The notes under the pieces: model-generated
Told to the model about the DNA's origin: nothing
The model's input: only the letters and a program-made list of their open reading frames with translations
Database searches by the model: none
Program-made: the position numbers and the translations under genes
Assembly (NCBI GenBank): GCA_036516115.1
Contig: DATBUL010000013.1
Span: 6,335-70,334 of the forward strand
Origin: Enteractinococcus sp.
Lineage (GTDB): Bacteria; Actinomycetota; Actinomycetes; Actinomycetales; Micrococcaceae
Direction: 5' to 3'
Length of the DNA stretch: 64,000 bases
Shown: positions 22,148 to 32,313 of the stretch, one piece after another
Numbering within the stretch: the stretch's first letter is position 1
How the letters are laid out: every line of letters starts with the position of its first letter

Positions 22148-23920
22148 ATGAAAGCAGCCATGGCTCGCTTATGGCGCATCATTCAGCCGATCCGGCCTCG
22201 CCTCTATATGGGACTGGTTGTCACGATTGCCGCTTCTATCGTGGGTCTGATGATCCCCCAGGTGCTCGAAGTTCTGGTCAATCAGTTGAATGCCTCCCCC
22301 ACGGCCACAACCGTCTGGTTTGCCGGCGGTATCGTGATTGCCTTGGGGTTAGTGGAAGCGGTGTTGCTCTGGTTGCGACGCATCTTCGCTGTTGGACCCT
22401 CGACTGAAACCGAACGACAGATGCGAGTGCGGTTCTATACCCGGATTCTCGATATGCCGGTGGCGTTTCATAATGACTGGGGTTCCGGGCAGCTCTTGTC
22501 CCGCTCTCAACAAGACGTGACACAGATTCGTCGTTGGATAGCGTTTGGCATGATCATGACGGTATCCTCCGCCGCCACGGTCGTGGTGGGGATCGTCATG
22601 ATGTCGCGCTCTTCAATGCTCTTGGCGATGATTTTTCTCATGATCGTCCTCCCCATCGTGGTGTTGACCTACCGGTTTCAACGCGACTTTTCGGTCCTCA
22701 CACGCCGCTCGCAAGATCTCAACGGTGAAATCTCCACCACAGTGGAACAATCGGTTCAAGGTATCCGCGTTCTCAAAGCCTTCGGACGCAATGACCAAGC
22801 GTTGGCGAATTTTTCAACAGATGCCGTCTCACTGCGCAATAATGAAATTCGGAAAGCCAGCACGTTGGCTCGCTTCGATATGTTCATGCTGGCCCTACCC
22901 GAAACCATGTTAGGGGTCTGTCTTTTCATAGGCTTATTGCAAGTCAACGCCGGTGCGATGAACGTAGGCCAACTCGCAAGCTTTTTCGCCACGGCAACAC
23001 TGGTTGTTGGACCCACTCGGATGCTGGGCATGTTATTTGGTCAAGCGGTCCAAACCACAACAGCGCTGGAACGCTATTTCGAAGTCATGGACACCGAAAA
23101 TACCATCGTCTCCCCCGCTCATCCGGTACCGGTTGACGTGACGGACGCGACCGGTGAATTGGTCATGGAAGACGTCCATTTTCGATTCCATGACGCACCC
23201 GAAGACACGCCAGATCTCTTTCGTGGCGTGAACCTGCATATTCGACCGGGGGAAACCATGGCTTTGGTCGGTGTGACCGGCGATGGCAAATCAACCCTGC
23301 TCCAATTGGTGCCACGTATTTTTGATATCACCGGTGGGCGCATCACCATTGATGACGTATCGGTTCATGATATGTCGTTAGACGATCTCCGTCGGCTTAC
23401 GGCCGTTGCGTTTGAAGATACCACGCTGTTTTCCTATTCGGTACGCGAGAACGTGTTACTCGGTGTTGATCCTGAGCTTCCTGAAACAGTCAAGGAAGCC
23501 AGAGCGTGGGAGGCGCTATATGCAGCTGATGCCGGCTTCGTAGCGAGTTTGGCGCACGGGCTTGAAACGCATATCGGTGAACAGGGTTTTTCATTATCCG
23601 GTGGGCAGCGGCAACGTATCGCACTGGCCCGTGCGATCGCTTCACGTCCAGCACTGTTGTTACTTGATGATCCGCTCTCAGCGCTCGATACAAAAACCGA
23701 AGAACGAGTGATCGCTCAACTGCGCGACGTCTTAGACAACACCACAACGTTTCTTATCGCGCATCGGTCTTCAACGGTTGCCTTGGCTGACCGCGTGGCA
23801 CTCCTGGACCACGGCAAGATTGCAGCGGTGGGGACGCATCACGAGTTATTGCGATCATCAGCGCGCTACCGGTACCTGATGGCCAGCCAACCCGAAGATG
23901 CATGGGAGGTGCGCTCATGA
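22148..23920 (+). CDS. ABC exporter, TMD-NBD half 1
   Basis: TM domain plus GVTGDGKST, LSGGQRQR and degenerate Walker B LLLDD. Confidence 0.92.
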   Translation: MKAAMARLWRIIQPIRPRLYMGLVVTIAASIVGLMIPQVLEVLVNQLNASPTATTVWFAGGIVIALGLVEAVLLWLRRIFAVGPSTETERQMRVRFYTRILDMPVAFHNDWGSGQLLSRSQQDVTQIRRWIAFGMIMTVSSAATVVVGIVMMSRSSMLLAMIFLMIVLPIVVLTYRFQRDFSVLTRRSQDLNGEISTTVEQSVQGIRVLKAFGRNDQALANFSTDAVSLRNNEIRKASTLARFDMFMLALPETMLGVCLFIGLLQVNAGAMNVGQLASFFATATLVVGPTRMLGMLFGQAVQTTTALERYFEVMDTENTIVSPAHPVPVDVTDATGELVMEDVHFRFHDAPEDTPDLFRGVNLHIRPGETMALVGVTGDGKSTLLQLVPRIFDITGGRITIDDVSVHDMSLDDLRRLTAVAFEDTTLFSYSVRENVLLGVDPELPETVKEARAWEALYAADAGFVASLAHGLETHIGEQGFSLSGGQRQRIALARAIASRPALLLLDDPLSALDTKTEERVIAQLRDVLDNTTTFLIAHRSSTVALADRVALLDHGKIAAVGTHHELLRSSARYRYLMASQPEDAWEVRS

Positions 23921-25740
23921 GCGCACCCGGACGCACCCGAGGTGCCGGCTCAGCAGATTACCAACGCATGACACGCGCCGAGCGACGAGCATCGCTTCGG
24001 TTACTTGGCAGCCTGCTGAAACCATATACCTGGCAGCTGGTGGGGCTTTCAACCATTGTGGTAATTGCCCAACTCGCTTCTGTTGCCGGGCCTGCGATTA
24101 TAGCTTGGGGCATTGATCGCGGGATCCCAGCGCTATTGGAAGGCGACGCCACCCCGGCTGCGGTCGCTTCGGCAGCCCACATTATCGCTGCCGTCACAGC
24201 CGGCGGTCTGATGTATGTTTTCATTCGGTGGAACATGACGATCGGTCAGACCATGCTGTATGGCTTGCGCCGACGACTGTTTTTACACAGTCAACGATTG
24301 GACATGAAATTTCATGAATCGTATGCCTCCGGCCGCACCGTAGCTCGACAAACCTCCGACATGGATGCATTAGCCCAGCTACTCAACTCCGGGCTGGACA
24401 TCATGGTTGGTTCGGTGCTGCAAATGGTTTTCACGATGGTGCTCATTCTGACCATGGATTTACCCTCGGGGCTCGTCATGGCTGGGCTCCTCGTCCCCGC
24501 GACGATGCTCACAACGTGGTTTCAGAAACGCTCCTCGGTGACGTACCGGCAGATTCAGACGAATTCAGCACGACTTATCTCACACTTTGTTGAAACCGTA
24601 TCCGGAATTCGTGCGGTGAAGACCTATCGTCGCCAGCAGGAAAACGGCGTGCGGTATGAAGAGCTCGCTGAAGATCATCGACAATCGGCGCTCCGATCAA
24701 TCCAGCTTTTTGGTATTTATCAACCCACGCTTCGCTGGCTTTCATCCATTACGATTGCAGCGGTCCTGATGGTTGGTGGTTTCCGGGTGCTCAGTGACAA
24801 CCTTCAAGTGGGCGTTTTGATTGCGCTGGTTCTCTATGCACGGCGTTTCTTCCAACCGATTGACGAAATCGCCAACTTCTACAACACGTTCCAATCAGCT
24901 GTTGCCGCCCTGGAAAAGATTTCTGGATTGCTTGCTGAGAAACCCTCGGTCACTGATCCACAAAACCCGGTCGCACTCCCGGAAGCTTCTGGTGAGATTG
25001 TGTTCGAGAATGTTTCGTTTCGGTATCGTGATGATCTGCCGCTAGCCTTACAGCCCACCTCGTTACATATTCCGGCAGGACAAACGGTGGCCATCGTTGG
25101 GTCGACGGGTGCTGGCAAATCAACCATCGCCAAACTCCTGGCGCGTTTCTATGACGTGACTCATGGAACGATCACGCTGGATGGTGTCAGGCTCCAGGAT
25201 CTGAACCTGGAAACGCTGACAAGACATATTGTTATGGTCACCCAAGAGTCCTATTTGTTTTCCGGTTCGGTGGCGAAAAATATTGCGATCGGAAAACCAA
25301 CCGCCAGTATGGATGAGATCCGCTCTGCCGCGGCAATCATCGGTGCAGACACTTTTATTGACCAACTACCCGACGGTTTTGACACCGATGTGCGAGCCAA
25401 AGGGGGACGGATGTCAGCCGGTCAGCGACAATTAGTGTCATTTGCTCGCGCGTTTCTAGCAGATCCCACAGTCCTGATTTTGGATGAAGCGACATCGTCT
25501 TTAGATGCCCCCACTGAGGCACTCGTCCAACATGGCCTCAAGGAACTCTTGGGGCAACGTACCTCGTTTATTATCGCTCACAGGCTCTCGACGGTGATGA
25601 TTGCCGATCGAGTCCTCGTGGTAGAAGATGGACAGATTATCGAAGACGGTCCGCCACAGAAACTTATTGATGGCGGAGGCCAGTTCGCACAGCTGCATCA
25701 AGCCTGGCAAGATTCCCTGAGCGATGCAGATCACTTATAG
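23917..25740 (+). CDS. ABC exporter, TMD-NBD half 2
   Basis: ATGA overlap with half 1; GSTGAGKST, MSAGQRQ, ILDEAT. Confidence 0.92.
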   Translation: MSAPGRTRGAGSADYQRMTRAERRASLRLLGSLLKPYTWQLVGLSTIVVIAQLASVAGPAIIAWGIDRGIPALLEGDATPAAVASAAHIIAAVTAGGLMYVFIRWNMTIGQTMLYGLRRRLFLHSQRLDMKFHESYASGRTVARQTSDMDALAQLLNSGLDIMVGSVLQMVFTMVLILTMDLPSGLVMAGLLVPATMLTTWFQKRSSVTYRQIQTNSARLISHFVETVSGIRAVKTYRRQQENGVRYEELAEDHRQSALRSIQLFGIYQPTLRWLSSITIAAVLMVGGFRVLSDNLQVGVLIALVLYARRFFQPIDEIANFYNTFQSAVAALEKISGLLAEKPSVTDPQNPVALPEASGEIVFENVSFRYRDDLPLALQPTSLHIPAGQTVAIVGSTGAGKSTIAKLLARFYDVTHGTITLDGVRLQDLNLETLTRHIVMVTQESYLFSGSVAKNIAIGKPTASMDEIRSAAAIIGADTFIDQLPDGFDTDVRAKGGRMSAGQRQLVSFARAFLADPTVLILDEATSSLDAPTEALVQHGLKELLGQRTSFIIAHRLSTVMIADRVLVVEDGQIIEDGPPQKLIDGGGQFAQLHQAWQDSLSDADHL

Positions 25741-25763
25741 GACCCAAGGAGTGGCAGAACACA

Positions 25764-26015
25764 ATGCACGGCAAAATCAAGGCTGGCCTGGTAGGTGGCG
25801 CAGTCGGCGCGATCGTTGTGGTGATCGTCGAAGTACTGGCCATGCTGATCAACGATGAAGGGTTTTTCAGTTCCGATCGATCCTGGCTTATTTTGGTCTT
25901 CGCCGTCGTGCTCTTTGCTTGGAGTCAGATGCGTGCCTACGATCGCAAACTCAACCAAAAGGATGGCGATGGTACCGACCAGAATCGTCCCGATCGGTAC
26001 CATTCGGCTGGTTAG
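25764..26015 (+). CDS. Small two-TM membrane protein
   Basis: AAGGAG RBS, two hydrophobic stretches, follows the ABC pair. Confidence 0.6.
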   Translation: MHGKIKAGLVGGAVGAIVVVIVEVLAMLINDEGFFSSDRSWLILVFAVVLFAWSQMRAYDRKLNQKDGDGTDQNRPDRYHSAG

Positions 26016-29000
26016 CCGAAATGTATTTCGCCCAGTGCCCTTTGCGGCAGATCACTGAGGGTACCGAACCGGTGGGCGGTCATGGTGACTGCCTGCTCGC
26101 GAATGAACGGCAACATTTCGAGTCGTCCCGCTGAAGTCACCGGCTGAGCGTAAATCGCAGTTTCCGGGCTGTGTGCGGTCGCTTCGATAGTGTCCTGAAG
26201 ACCTTGAGTCCCGATGTAGCGAATACGTTGTGCGCCTTCAGTGGGATCTGTTGCGGCAAGTTGGGCTGCTCGATGCAACCACACACTGTCTTCTTCAAAA
26301 ACGACCCGCACGTTTGAGCCGGTGAACGCCTCCACCAACGCCCGTGGCGCTGCTTGTGGCAAAGACAGGGTGTTATGGGGCAACACCCCAGTGCCTCGAC
26401 CGGTAGCGATCGCCTGCTGGACGCGAATTCCAGCCGTGGCCACCCGCAGCCCCTGAGTCAGGCTCGCAGAATCCAGTTGACTGACTCGAATCGTCACCGG
26501 CACTGGGCGATAGCGCAGAGCATTGATCTCGACTTGCAGATTGGACACATCACGTTGCCCCAGATACGTCTCCACAGCTTGGGAATCGAAGGCCACGGCA
26601 CGGTGGAGCCAGGTGCGATCCTCACTCGCTATATGAGAAGCCACCGACTCGGCGAGACCATCGGCCAGTGCATCGTGGACTGCTGGCACTTGGTCGGACT
26701 GGTCGTTCCAGTTGGTCAGAGCCAAGAGATAGTTTGGTCCGCCAACTTTGGCCCCGGGGCCAATCGAGGAGCGTTTCCATCCGCCAAAGGGTTGTCGACG
26801 CACGATGGCGCCGGTGATCCCTCGGTTGATGTATAGATTCCCGGCGGCTACCCGTTCTGTCCACTCAGCAATTTCTTCTGGGTCTAATGAATGAATCCCT
26901 GAGGTCAGACCGTAGGGTACGGCGTTGACGATATTGATGGCCTCATCCAGTGTGTCGGCCGACATGACACCTAAGATCGGCCCGAAATATTCGGTGAGGT
27001 GGTATTCGGATCCGGGCTTGACTCCTGAACGCACACCGGGAGAATACAACCGTCCGGAATCATCAAGCTGCCGCGGGGTCAAATGCCATCGTTGACCTTC
27101 CTCGAGTGTGGTGAGGCCTTTGGCCAGTTTGTCACCGGGTACTTCAATCACGGGTCCCATTTGGGCTTCGGGATTCGAGGGATAATCCACGACCAGTGAC
27201 TCAACGGCATCAAGCAATTGTCGGTGGAAGCGCTGACTGCGGGCCGTCTGACCCACCAAAATGACCAAGGACGCCGCGGAGCATTTTTGCCCAGCATGAC
27301 CAAACGCCGAGTTGACGACGTCAGCCACGGCCAAATCCAGGTCGGCCGATGGAGTGACAATAATTGCGTTCTTGCCAGAGGTCTCGCCATAGAGCGGTAT
27401 CTCGGGTCGCAACTCGGTAAAGAGTTTGGCGGTTTCGTAGCCGCCGGTGAGTATGACCCGTTCGGCTCGCGGATCCGTGACCAGTTTCGAACCGATGGTA
27501 TGTTCTTCAGCAATGACGAATGTCACGAGCTCATGGGGCAGGTCAAATTCATCGAGCGCGGACCAGATGGCCTCCACGATCACAGCCGCGGTGCGTTGTG
27601 CTTGAGGAGCAGGTTTAATGATGACGGGCGAACCTGCGGCTAATGCTGAGGTGACTGAACCGGTGGGAATCGCCATCGGGAAGTTCCAGGGCGGTGTGAC
27701 CACCGTGAGGCCCACTGGCTGTGGTTGTGCGCCAACGATCTGGTCGAGTTGCAGGCATTGTTCGCCATAGTAGCGTGCGAAATCGATACCTTCGGAAACT
27801 TCTGGGTCAGATTGATCGATGGTTTTACCGGTTTCTGAGCCCATGACTTCGAGGAGTTTTCCTCGAGATCCGGCGAGGTGGTCTCCGATGCGGACCAGCA
27901 CCTGGGATCGTTCAGCTAGGGGGAGCTGCTGCCAGGTTTTGCCTGCTTGAATGGCACCGTCGATGGCCTCCTCGAGCTGCTCTTCGGAGTCGATGCGATG
28001 CGAATGTACAAGGTGATCGCCAAGAGTAGAGTGTGCCATGCGGTGGATGATTTCACGAGCCCACACACGGTTTTGTGGCAGATCGGGGTCCGTGTCTGCG
28101 GCGTTTTGAAATCCCGACGATGATGTTTGGCTCAACGATTCGGTCGCCCGGTTTTGTTGGCGTCGAGGCTGTGGCACCAGATCGGCTTCAGCCTCTAATT
28201 GGGCAAGGGAATTTTGGAACCGCTGCGCCTCGCGTTCAAACATTGCAGGGTCATCAAGATCAAAGACCGCTGACATGAAATTCTCATCTGATGCGCCCTC
28301 TTCGAGTCTGCGAACCAAATACGAGATGGCGACATCGAATTCATCCGGGTGCACCACGGGCGTATATAGCAACAATCGGCCAACATCGGCTCGGACCGCT
28401 TCCGCCTGGGCGGTTGCCATCCCGAGGAGCATCTCGAAATCTACCGGACCGTCGAGGGGAATATTGCGGTGCTGCAGCAATAAATACGCCAACGCGATAT
28501 CGAATAAATTCTGACCGGCTACGCCAATCTCTACATGACCTAGATGCTCAGGTGTGAGGGCGTAATTGAGGATGCGTTTGTAATTCGTATCCGTATCTTG
28601 TTTTGTTGGCCACACCGTTTGTGGCCAATGATGCAGAACAGCTTTGACCTTTTCCATCGGGAGGTTCGCGCCTTTGACCACGCGAACCTTGATGGGAGCT
28701 CCCCCGGCGGCAACTCGCTGGGCGGCGAAATGCTGCAGGTCGACCATGGCTTGATACGCGTCTGGAAGATACGCCTGCAAGACGATGCCTGAGCGGAAGT
28801 TGTGAAATTCTGGTTCAGAAATCAAACGCCGGTACACATCGATCGTCAGGTCAAGATCCTTATATTCTTCCATGTCGAGGTTGATGAACGTGACCGGATC
28901 GGAGGTCATCGCGGCGCGATATAGCGGTCTTAACTGTTGGACAATATTCTCAACGGCTTCATCGTGAGCCCAGTGATTATGCGGGGCGACCGTTGCTGAC

Positions 29001-29554
29001 ACTTTGATCGAAACATAATCGACGTCGTGGCGTTTGATCAGTGCAAGGGTGGCTGCAACACGATTATCGGCTTCGCCCTGGCCGAGAATAGCCTCCCCCA
29101 ATAAATTGATGTTGAGGTTGATCCCCTCGGTGCGTAACCGTCGAATGGCTTTGCCCAGGTGTTTGTCTCGTGCATCGATGATGAGGTGGCCCACCATGGA
29201 GCGCAGGGCGGCTTGAGCCGCGGGGACGACGACTCCAGGAGCAACCTCGGCAAGTTTGCCTCCGGTTCGAACAGCTGTTTGAAGATACCACGGCAAAAAG
29301 CTCGGAACGTCATCGGCGATATGGTTCAGCGCCGCAGCGGCAGCGTGATGATCTTCGGGGCGGACTACTCGATCAACAAATCCGACCGTGAAATCTAATC
29401 CCTGAGGGTCTTTCAACACCCCCGCGAGTTGTTGAGCAGAGGCATCTGGTGTGATGTTGGCTGCCGCTGCCAGCCATGTACGAACCTGAGCAATGGCCTG
29501 TTCGCCGAGTTGCCAGGGAGTGATTTCGGAGGTGGCATGTGCTGGGTTTTGCAT
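26012..29554 (-). CDS. putA: Bifunctional proline dehydrogenase / P5C dehydrogenase
   Basis: LDMEEY, VRVVKGAN, YLVRRLEE, PWNFP, ETSGKN, AGQKCSA, EYFGP. Start moved to ATG 29554. Confidence 0.95.
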   Translation of the reverse strand: MQNPAHATSEITPWQLGEQAIAQVRTWLAAAANITPDASAQQLAGVLKDPQGLDFTVGFVDRVVRPEDHHAAAAALNHIADDVPSFLPWYLQTAVRTGGKLAEVAPGVVVPAAQAALRSMVGHLIIDARDKHLGKAIRRLRTEGINLNINLLGEAILGQGEADNRVAATLALIKRHDVDYVSIKVSATVAPHNHWAHDEAVENIVQQLRPLYRAAMTSDPVTFINLDMEEYKDLDLTIDVYRRLISEPEFHNFRSGIVLQAYLPDAYQAMVDLQHFAAQRVAAGGAPIKVRVVKGANLPMEKVKAVLHHWPQTVWPTKQDTDTNYKRILNYALTPEHLGHVEIGVAGQNLFDIALAYLLLQHRNIPLDGPVDFEMLLGMATAQAEAVRADVGRLLLYTPVVHPDEFDVAISYLVRRLEEGASDENFMSAVFDLDDPAMFEREAQRFQNSLAQLEAEADLVPQPRRQQNRATESLSQTSSSGFQNAADTDPDLPQNRVWAREIIHRMAHSTLGDHLVHSHRIDSEEQLEEAIDGAIQAGKTWQQLPLAERSQVLVRIGDHLAGSRGKLLEVMGSETGKTIDQSDPEVSEGIDFARYYGEQCLQLDQIVGAQPQPVGLTVVTPPWNFPMAIPTGSVTSALAAGSPVIIKPAPQAQRTAAVIVEAIWSALDEFDLPHELVTFVIAEEHTIGSKLVTDPRAERVILTGGYETAKLFTELRPEIPLYGETSGKNAIIVTPSADLDLAVADVVNSAFGHAGQKCSAASLVILVGQTARSQRFHRQLLDAVESLVVDYPSNPEAQMGPVIEVPGDKLAKGLTTLEEGQRWHLTPRQLDDSGRLYSPGVRSGVKPGSEYHLTEYFGPILGVMSADTLDEAINIVNAVPYGLTSGIHSLDPEEIAEWTERVAAGNLYINRGITGAIVRRQPFGGWKRSSIGPGAKVGGPNYLLALTNWNDQSDQVPAVHDALADGLAESVASHIASEDRTWLHRAVAFDSQAVETYLGQRDVSNLQVEINALRYRPVPVTIRVSQLDSASLTQGLRVATAGIRVQQAIATGRGTGVLPHNTLSLPQAAPRALVEAFTGSNVRVVFEEDSVWLHRAAQLAATDPTEGAQRIRYIGTQGLQDTIEATAHSPETAIYAQPVTSAGRLEMLPFIREQAVTMTAHRFGTLSDLPQRALGEIHFG

Positions 29555-29671
29555 TTGAATCCCGCCTTGACTAACAACACTGTGGTGTGTCACACAGCCT
29601 ACGCTGGACTCTGCATTCGGGTATAGCGAATAATAACGAAAAATACTGTTCGGAATAATCGAAAGGTTTGC

Positions 29672-30568
29672 ATGCTGGATCTTCATCGGCTGAGCTTGCT
29701 ACGAGAGCTATCAGTCCGCGGTACCATCACGGAAGTCGCGGCCGCACTAAATTTTGCGCCGTCAACAGTCTCAGCACAACTAACACGCTTGGAACAAGAG
29801 GTCGGCACGACGTTACTTGTCTCCTCGGGACGGCGTCTGATGCTCACGACTGCCGCGCTTGGGTTAGTTGAACATGCCAACAAGATGCTGGGAATCATGG
29901 AGGAAGCGACCGCTGAGCTGGCGGCTGCCGATGAGAAGACCGCTGGAACCGTTCGGCTGTCGATGTTTCAGACCTCCGTGTTGGCGTTGTTGCCAGGCAC
30001 TTTACGGTTGTTGAGTCACGAATACCCTGATATTCGAATTGAGATGACCCAACGCGAACCAGAACAGGCATTACATGACACCTGGGCGGGTGATTTCGAC
30101 ATTGTCGTTGCCGAACAATACCCCCATCATGCCGTCCCACAACTTCCAGAGATGGTTTCCACTCCCCTCGTTGAGGACCCGTTGCGCCTTGCGGTGCCCC
30201 AACACTTGGCAGAGTCAATCACAAGCATTCACCAGGCTACAGTTTTACCGTGGATTATGGAGCCAGCCCCTGCTGCCTCACGACATTGGGCGTTACAACA
30301 ATGTCGCGTTGCTGGTTTTGAACCTGATATTCGATATTCGTCAGCAGATTTACAAACACATGTGCAGTTAGTCGAAGCCGGGGAGGGGGTCGCGATACTG
30401 CCCGGAATGTTGGGAGGATATCGTGCCCCAGATGTGCATTGGGTCGAGTTAGAAAACCATCCGAAGCGACAGGTGTTTTTGACCATGCGACGCGCCTCAG
30501 CTGCCCATCCTGCCGTGTCGGCGGTTGCTTCCGCTCTCAAACGACACGCCAGACACGCCGCCACCTGA
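29672..30568 (+). CDS. LysR-family regulator divergent from putA
   Basis: N-terminal LysR HTH; TTCG-N7-CGAA palindrome at 29649-29663. Confidence 0.93.
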   Translation: MLDLHRLSLLRELSVRGTITEVAAALNFAPSTVSAQLTRLEQEVGTTLLVSSGRRLMLTTAALGLVEHANKMLGIMEEATAELAAADEKTAGTVRLSMFQTSVLALLPGTLRLLSHEYPDIRIEMTQREPEQALHDTWAGDFDIVVAEQYPHHAVPQLPEMVSTPLVEDPLRLAVPQHLAESITSIHQATVLPWIMEPAPAASRHWALQQCRVAGFEPDIRYSSADLQTHVQLVEAGEGVAILPGMLGGYRAPDVHWVELENHPKRQVFLTMRRASAAHPAVSAVASALKRHARHAAT

Positions 30569-30719
30569 AAACTGATCTCAAGCGCCGTCCGGATGACAAC
30601 TTTCAGCTTCTGACCAGGGTTTACGCAGTCTTTATTCAGGTTACGATTCCATGAGATTTCGTGGGGGCCGTGATCGAAGGGTTGGTGATTTGGCTAACGG
30701 TGAAGAATAATTGCTTGGC

Positions 30720-32228
30720 ATGAGTGAAGAACACGCCTATCAATTGGCTGCCATTATTATCTATGTCCTCGGGATGCTCGCGATCGGCTATTATGCCTAT
30801 CGTCGTACCAAGACCGGCCGCGATTTCTTATTAGCCGGTCGTGACCTCTCCCCACGCGTCGCAGCACTGTCAGCGGGTGCCTCCGATATGTCTGGATGGT
30901 TGCTGATGGGGCTACCCGGCGCGCTTTATGCAACCGGTCTCATCGAAGCTTGGATCGCGATCGGTCTGACACTGGGAACCTGGTTGAACTGGATGATCGT
31001 CGCCCCACGTTTACGCGTGTACTCCGAGATCACCAGAGATTCGATCACGATGCCCGCCTTCTTTGAGTTTCGCTTCAGAGACCGTACACGTCTACTGCGT
31101 TCGGTTTCCGCGGTCATCATTCTCGTCTTCTTTGTGTTCTACGTGGCCTCGATGATGGTCGCCTCAGGTGCGTTCTTCGAATCCACATTCGGCTGGAATT
31201 ACATGACCGGGGTGCTCGTGGTCGGTGGGATCACCTTGCTCTATACTGCCTTCGGCGGGTTCCTAGGCGCTTCGCTCACCGACGTCGCCCAGGGATTATT
31301 AATGCTCGCGGCACTGGTCTCCGTGCCGATCATCGCCACCGTCCAGTTGGGTGGGCCTGGTCAGGTTGTGAGTCTGATCAATGAGGCCGACGTCCAGGGT
31401 GGGTTAGATCATCTTTCCTTCACCGGAGGCGGTCTATCGGGTGCCAGCATTTTGGTCATTATCTCCGGTTTGGCGTGGGGATTGGGATATTTCGGACAGC
31501 CCCACATTCTGGCGCGCTTCTTTGCGATTCGTAGCCACTCTCACGTCAAAACCGCTCGCCGTATCGGAACGGGTTGGGTCATCCTGTGCATGGGCGGTGC
31601 AGTGTTGACAGGTTTGATCGGTGTCGCCTGGTTCCAAGATGCGGGTCAGCCACTAGATAACCCAGAAACCGTCTTCTTACTCCTATCGCAGATCCTATTC
31701 CACCCGTTTGTCGCAGGACTCGTCTTGGCCGCTGTGTTGGCTGCAATCATGTCGACCATGTCTTCGCAGCTGCTCGTGTCAGCTTCGGCACTCGTGGAAG
31801 ATATTTACGGGTTGTTTAAACACAATCCTGGTGAAAAACAACAGCTGTGGTTGGGACGACTCGCGGTTGTTGCGATCAGTATCATCGCGATCATCATCGC
31901 TCGCGACCCAGATTCCACCGTGTTGGACTTAGTCGGTTTCGCCTGGGCTGGCTTCGGCGCAGCCTTTGGTCCAATGATCCTGCTGGCCCTGTACTGGAAG
32001 CGGGTCACCGGCATGGGAGCTTTAGCTGGCATGGTTGCAGGGGCAGTGGTGTCGTATGTGTGGGGCACGGTGCCTGCGATCAAGGAAGCCATCAACCTGT
32101 ACGAGATCGTTCCCGGTGTCATCGCGCACTTCGTTGTGGCAATCATCGTGTCATTGTTGACGAAAAAGCCTGATGCTGAAGTGGCCGCCGAATTCGAACA
32201 GATGCAGGAGACTGTCGCGACAAAATAG
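30720..32228 (+). CDS. putP: Sodium/proline symporter
   Basis: ALSAGASDMSGWLLMGLPG, WGLGYFGQPHILARF, AWAGFGAAFGP. Confidence 0.95.
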   Translation: MSEEHAYQLAAIIIYVLGMLAIGYYAYRRTKTGRDFLLAGRDLSPRVAALSAGASDMSGWLLMGLPGALYATGLIEAWIAIGLTLGTWLNWMIVAPRLRVYSEITRDSITMPAFFEFRFRDRTRLLRSVSAVIILVFFVFYVASMMVASGAFFESTFGWNYMTGVLVVGGITLLYTAFGGFLGASLTDVAQGLLMLAALVSVPIIATVQLGGPGQVVSLINEADVQGGLDHLSFTGGGLSGASILVIISGLAWGLGYFGQPHILARFFAIRSHSHVKTARRIGTGWVILCMGGAVLTGLIGVAWFQDAGQPLDNPETVFLLLSQILFHPFVAGLVLAAVLAAIMSTMSSQLLVSASALVEDIYGLFKHNPGEKQQLWLGRLAVVAISIIAIIIARDPDSTVLDLVGFAWAGFGAAFGPMILLALYWKRVTGMGALAGMVAGAVVSYVWGTVPAIKEAINLYEIVPGVIAHFVVAIIVSLLTKKPDAEVAAEFEQMQETVATK

Positions 32229-32313
32229 TCCATGACAATTCTGTGTCCGGGTGGGCCATGATTCTTCAATGAATCATGGCCCACCCGTCCTTTGCGGGGT
32301 CTACGATAGTGAC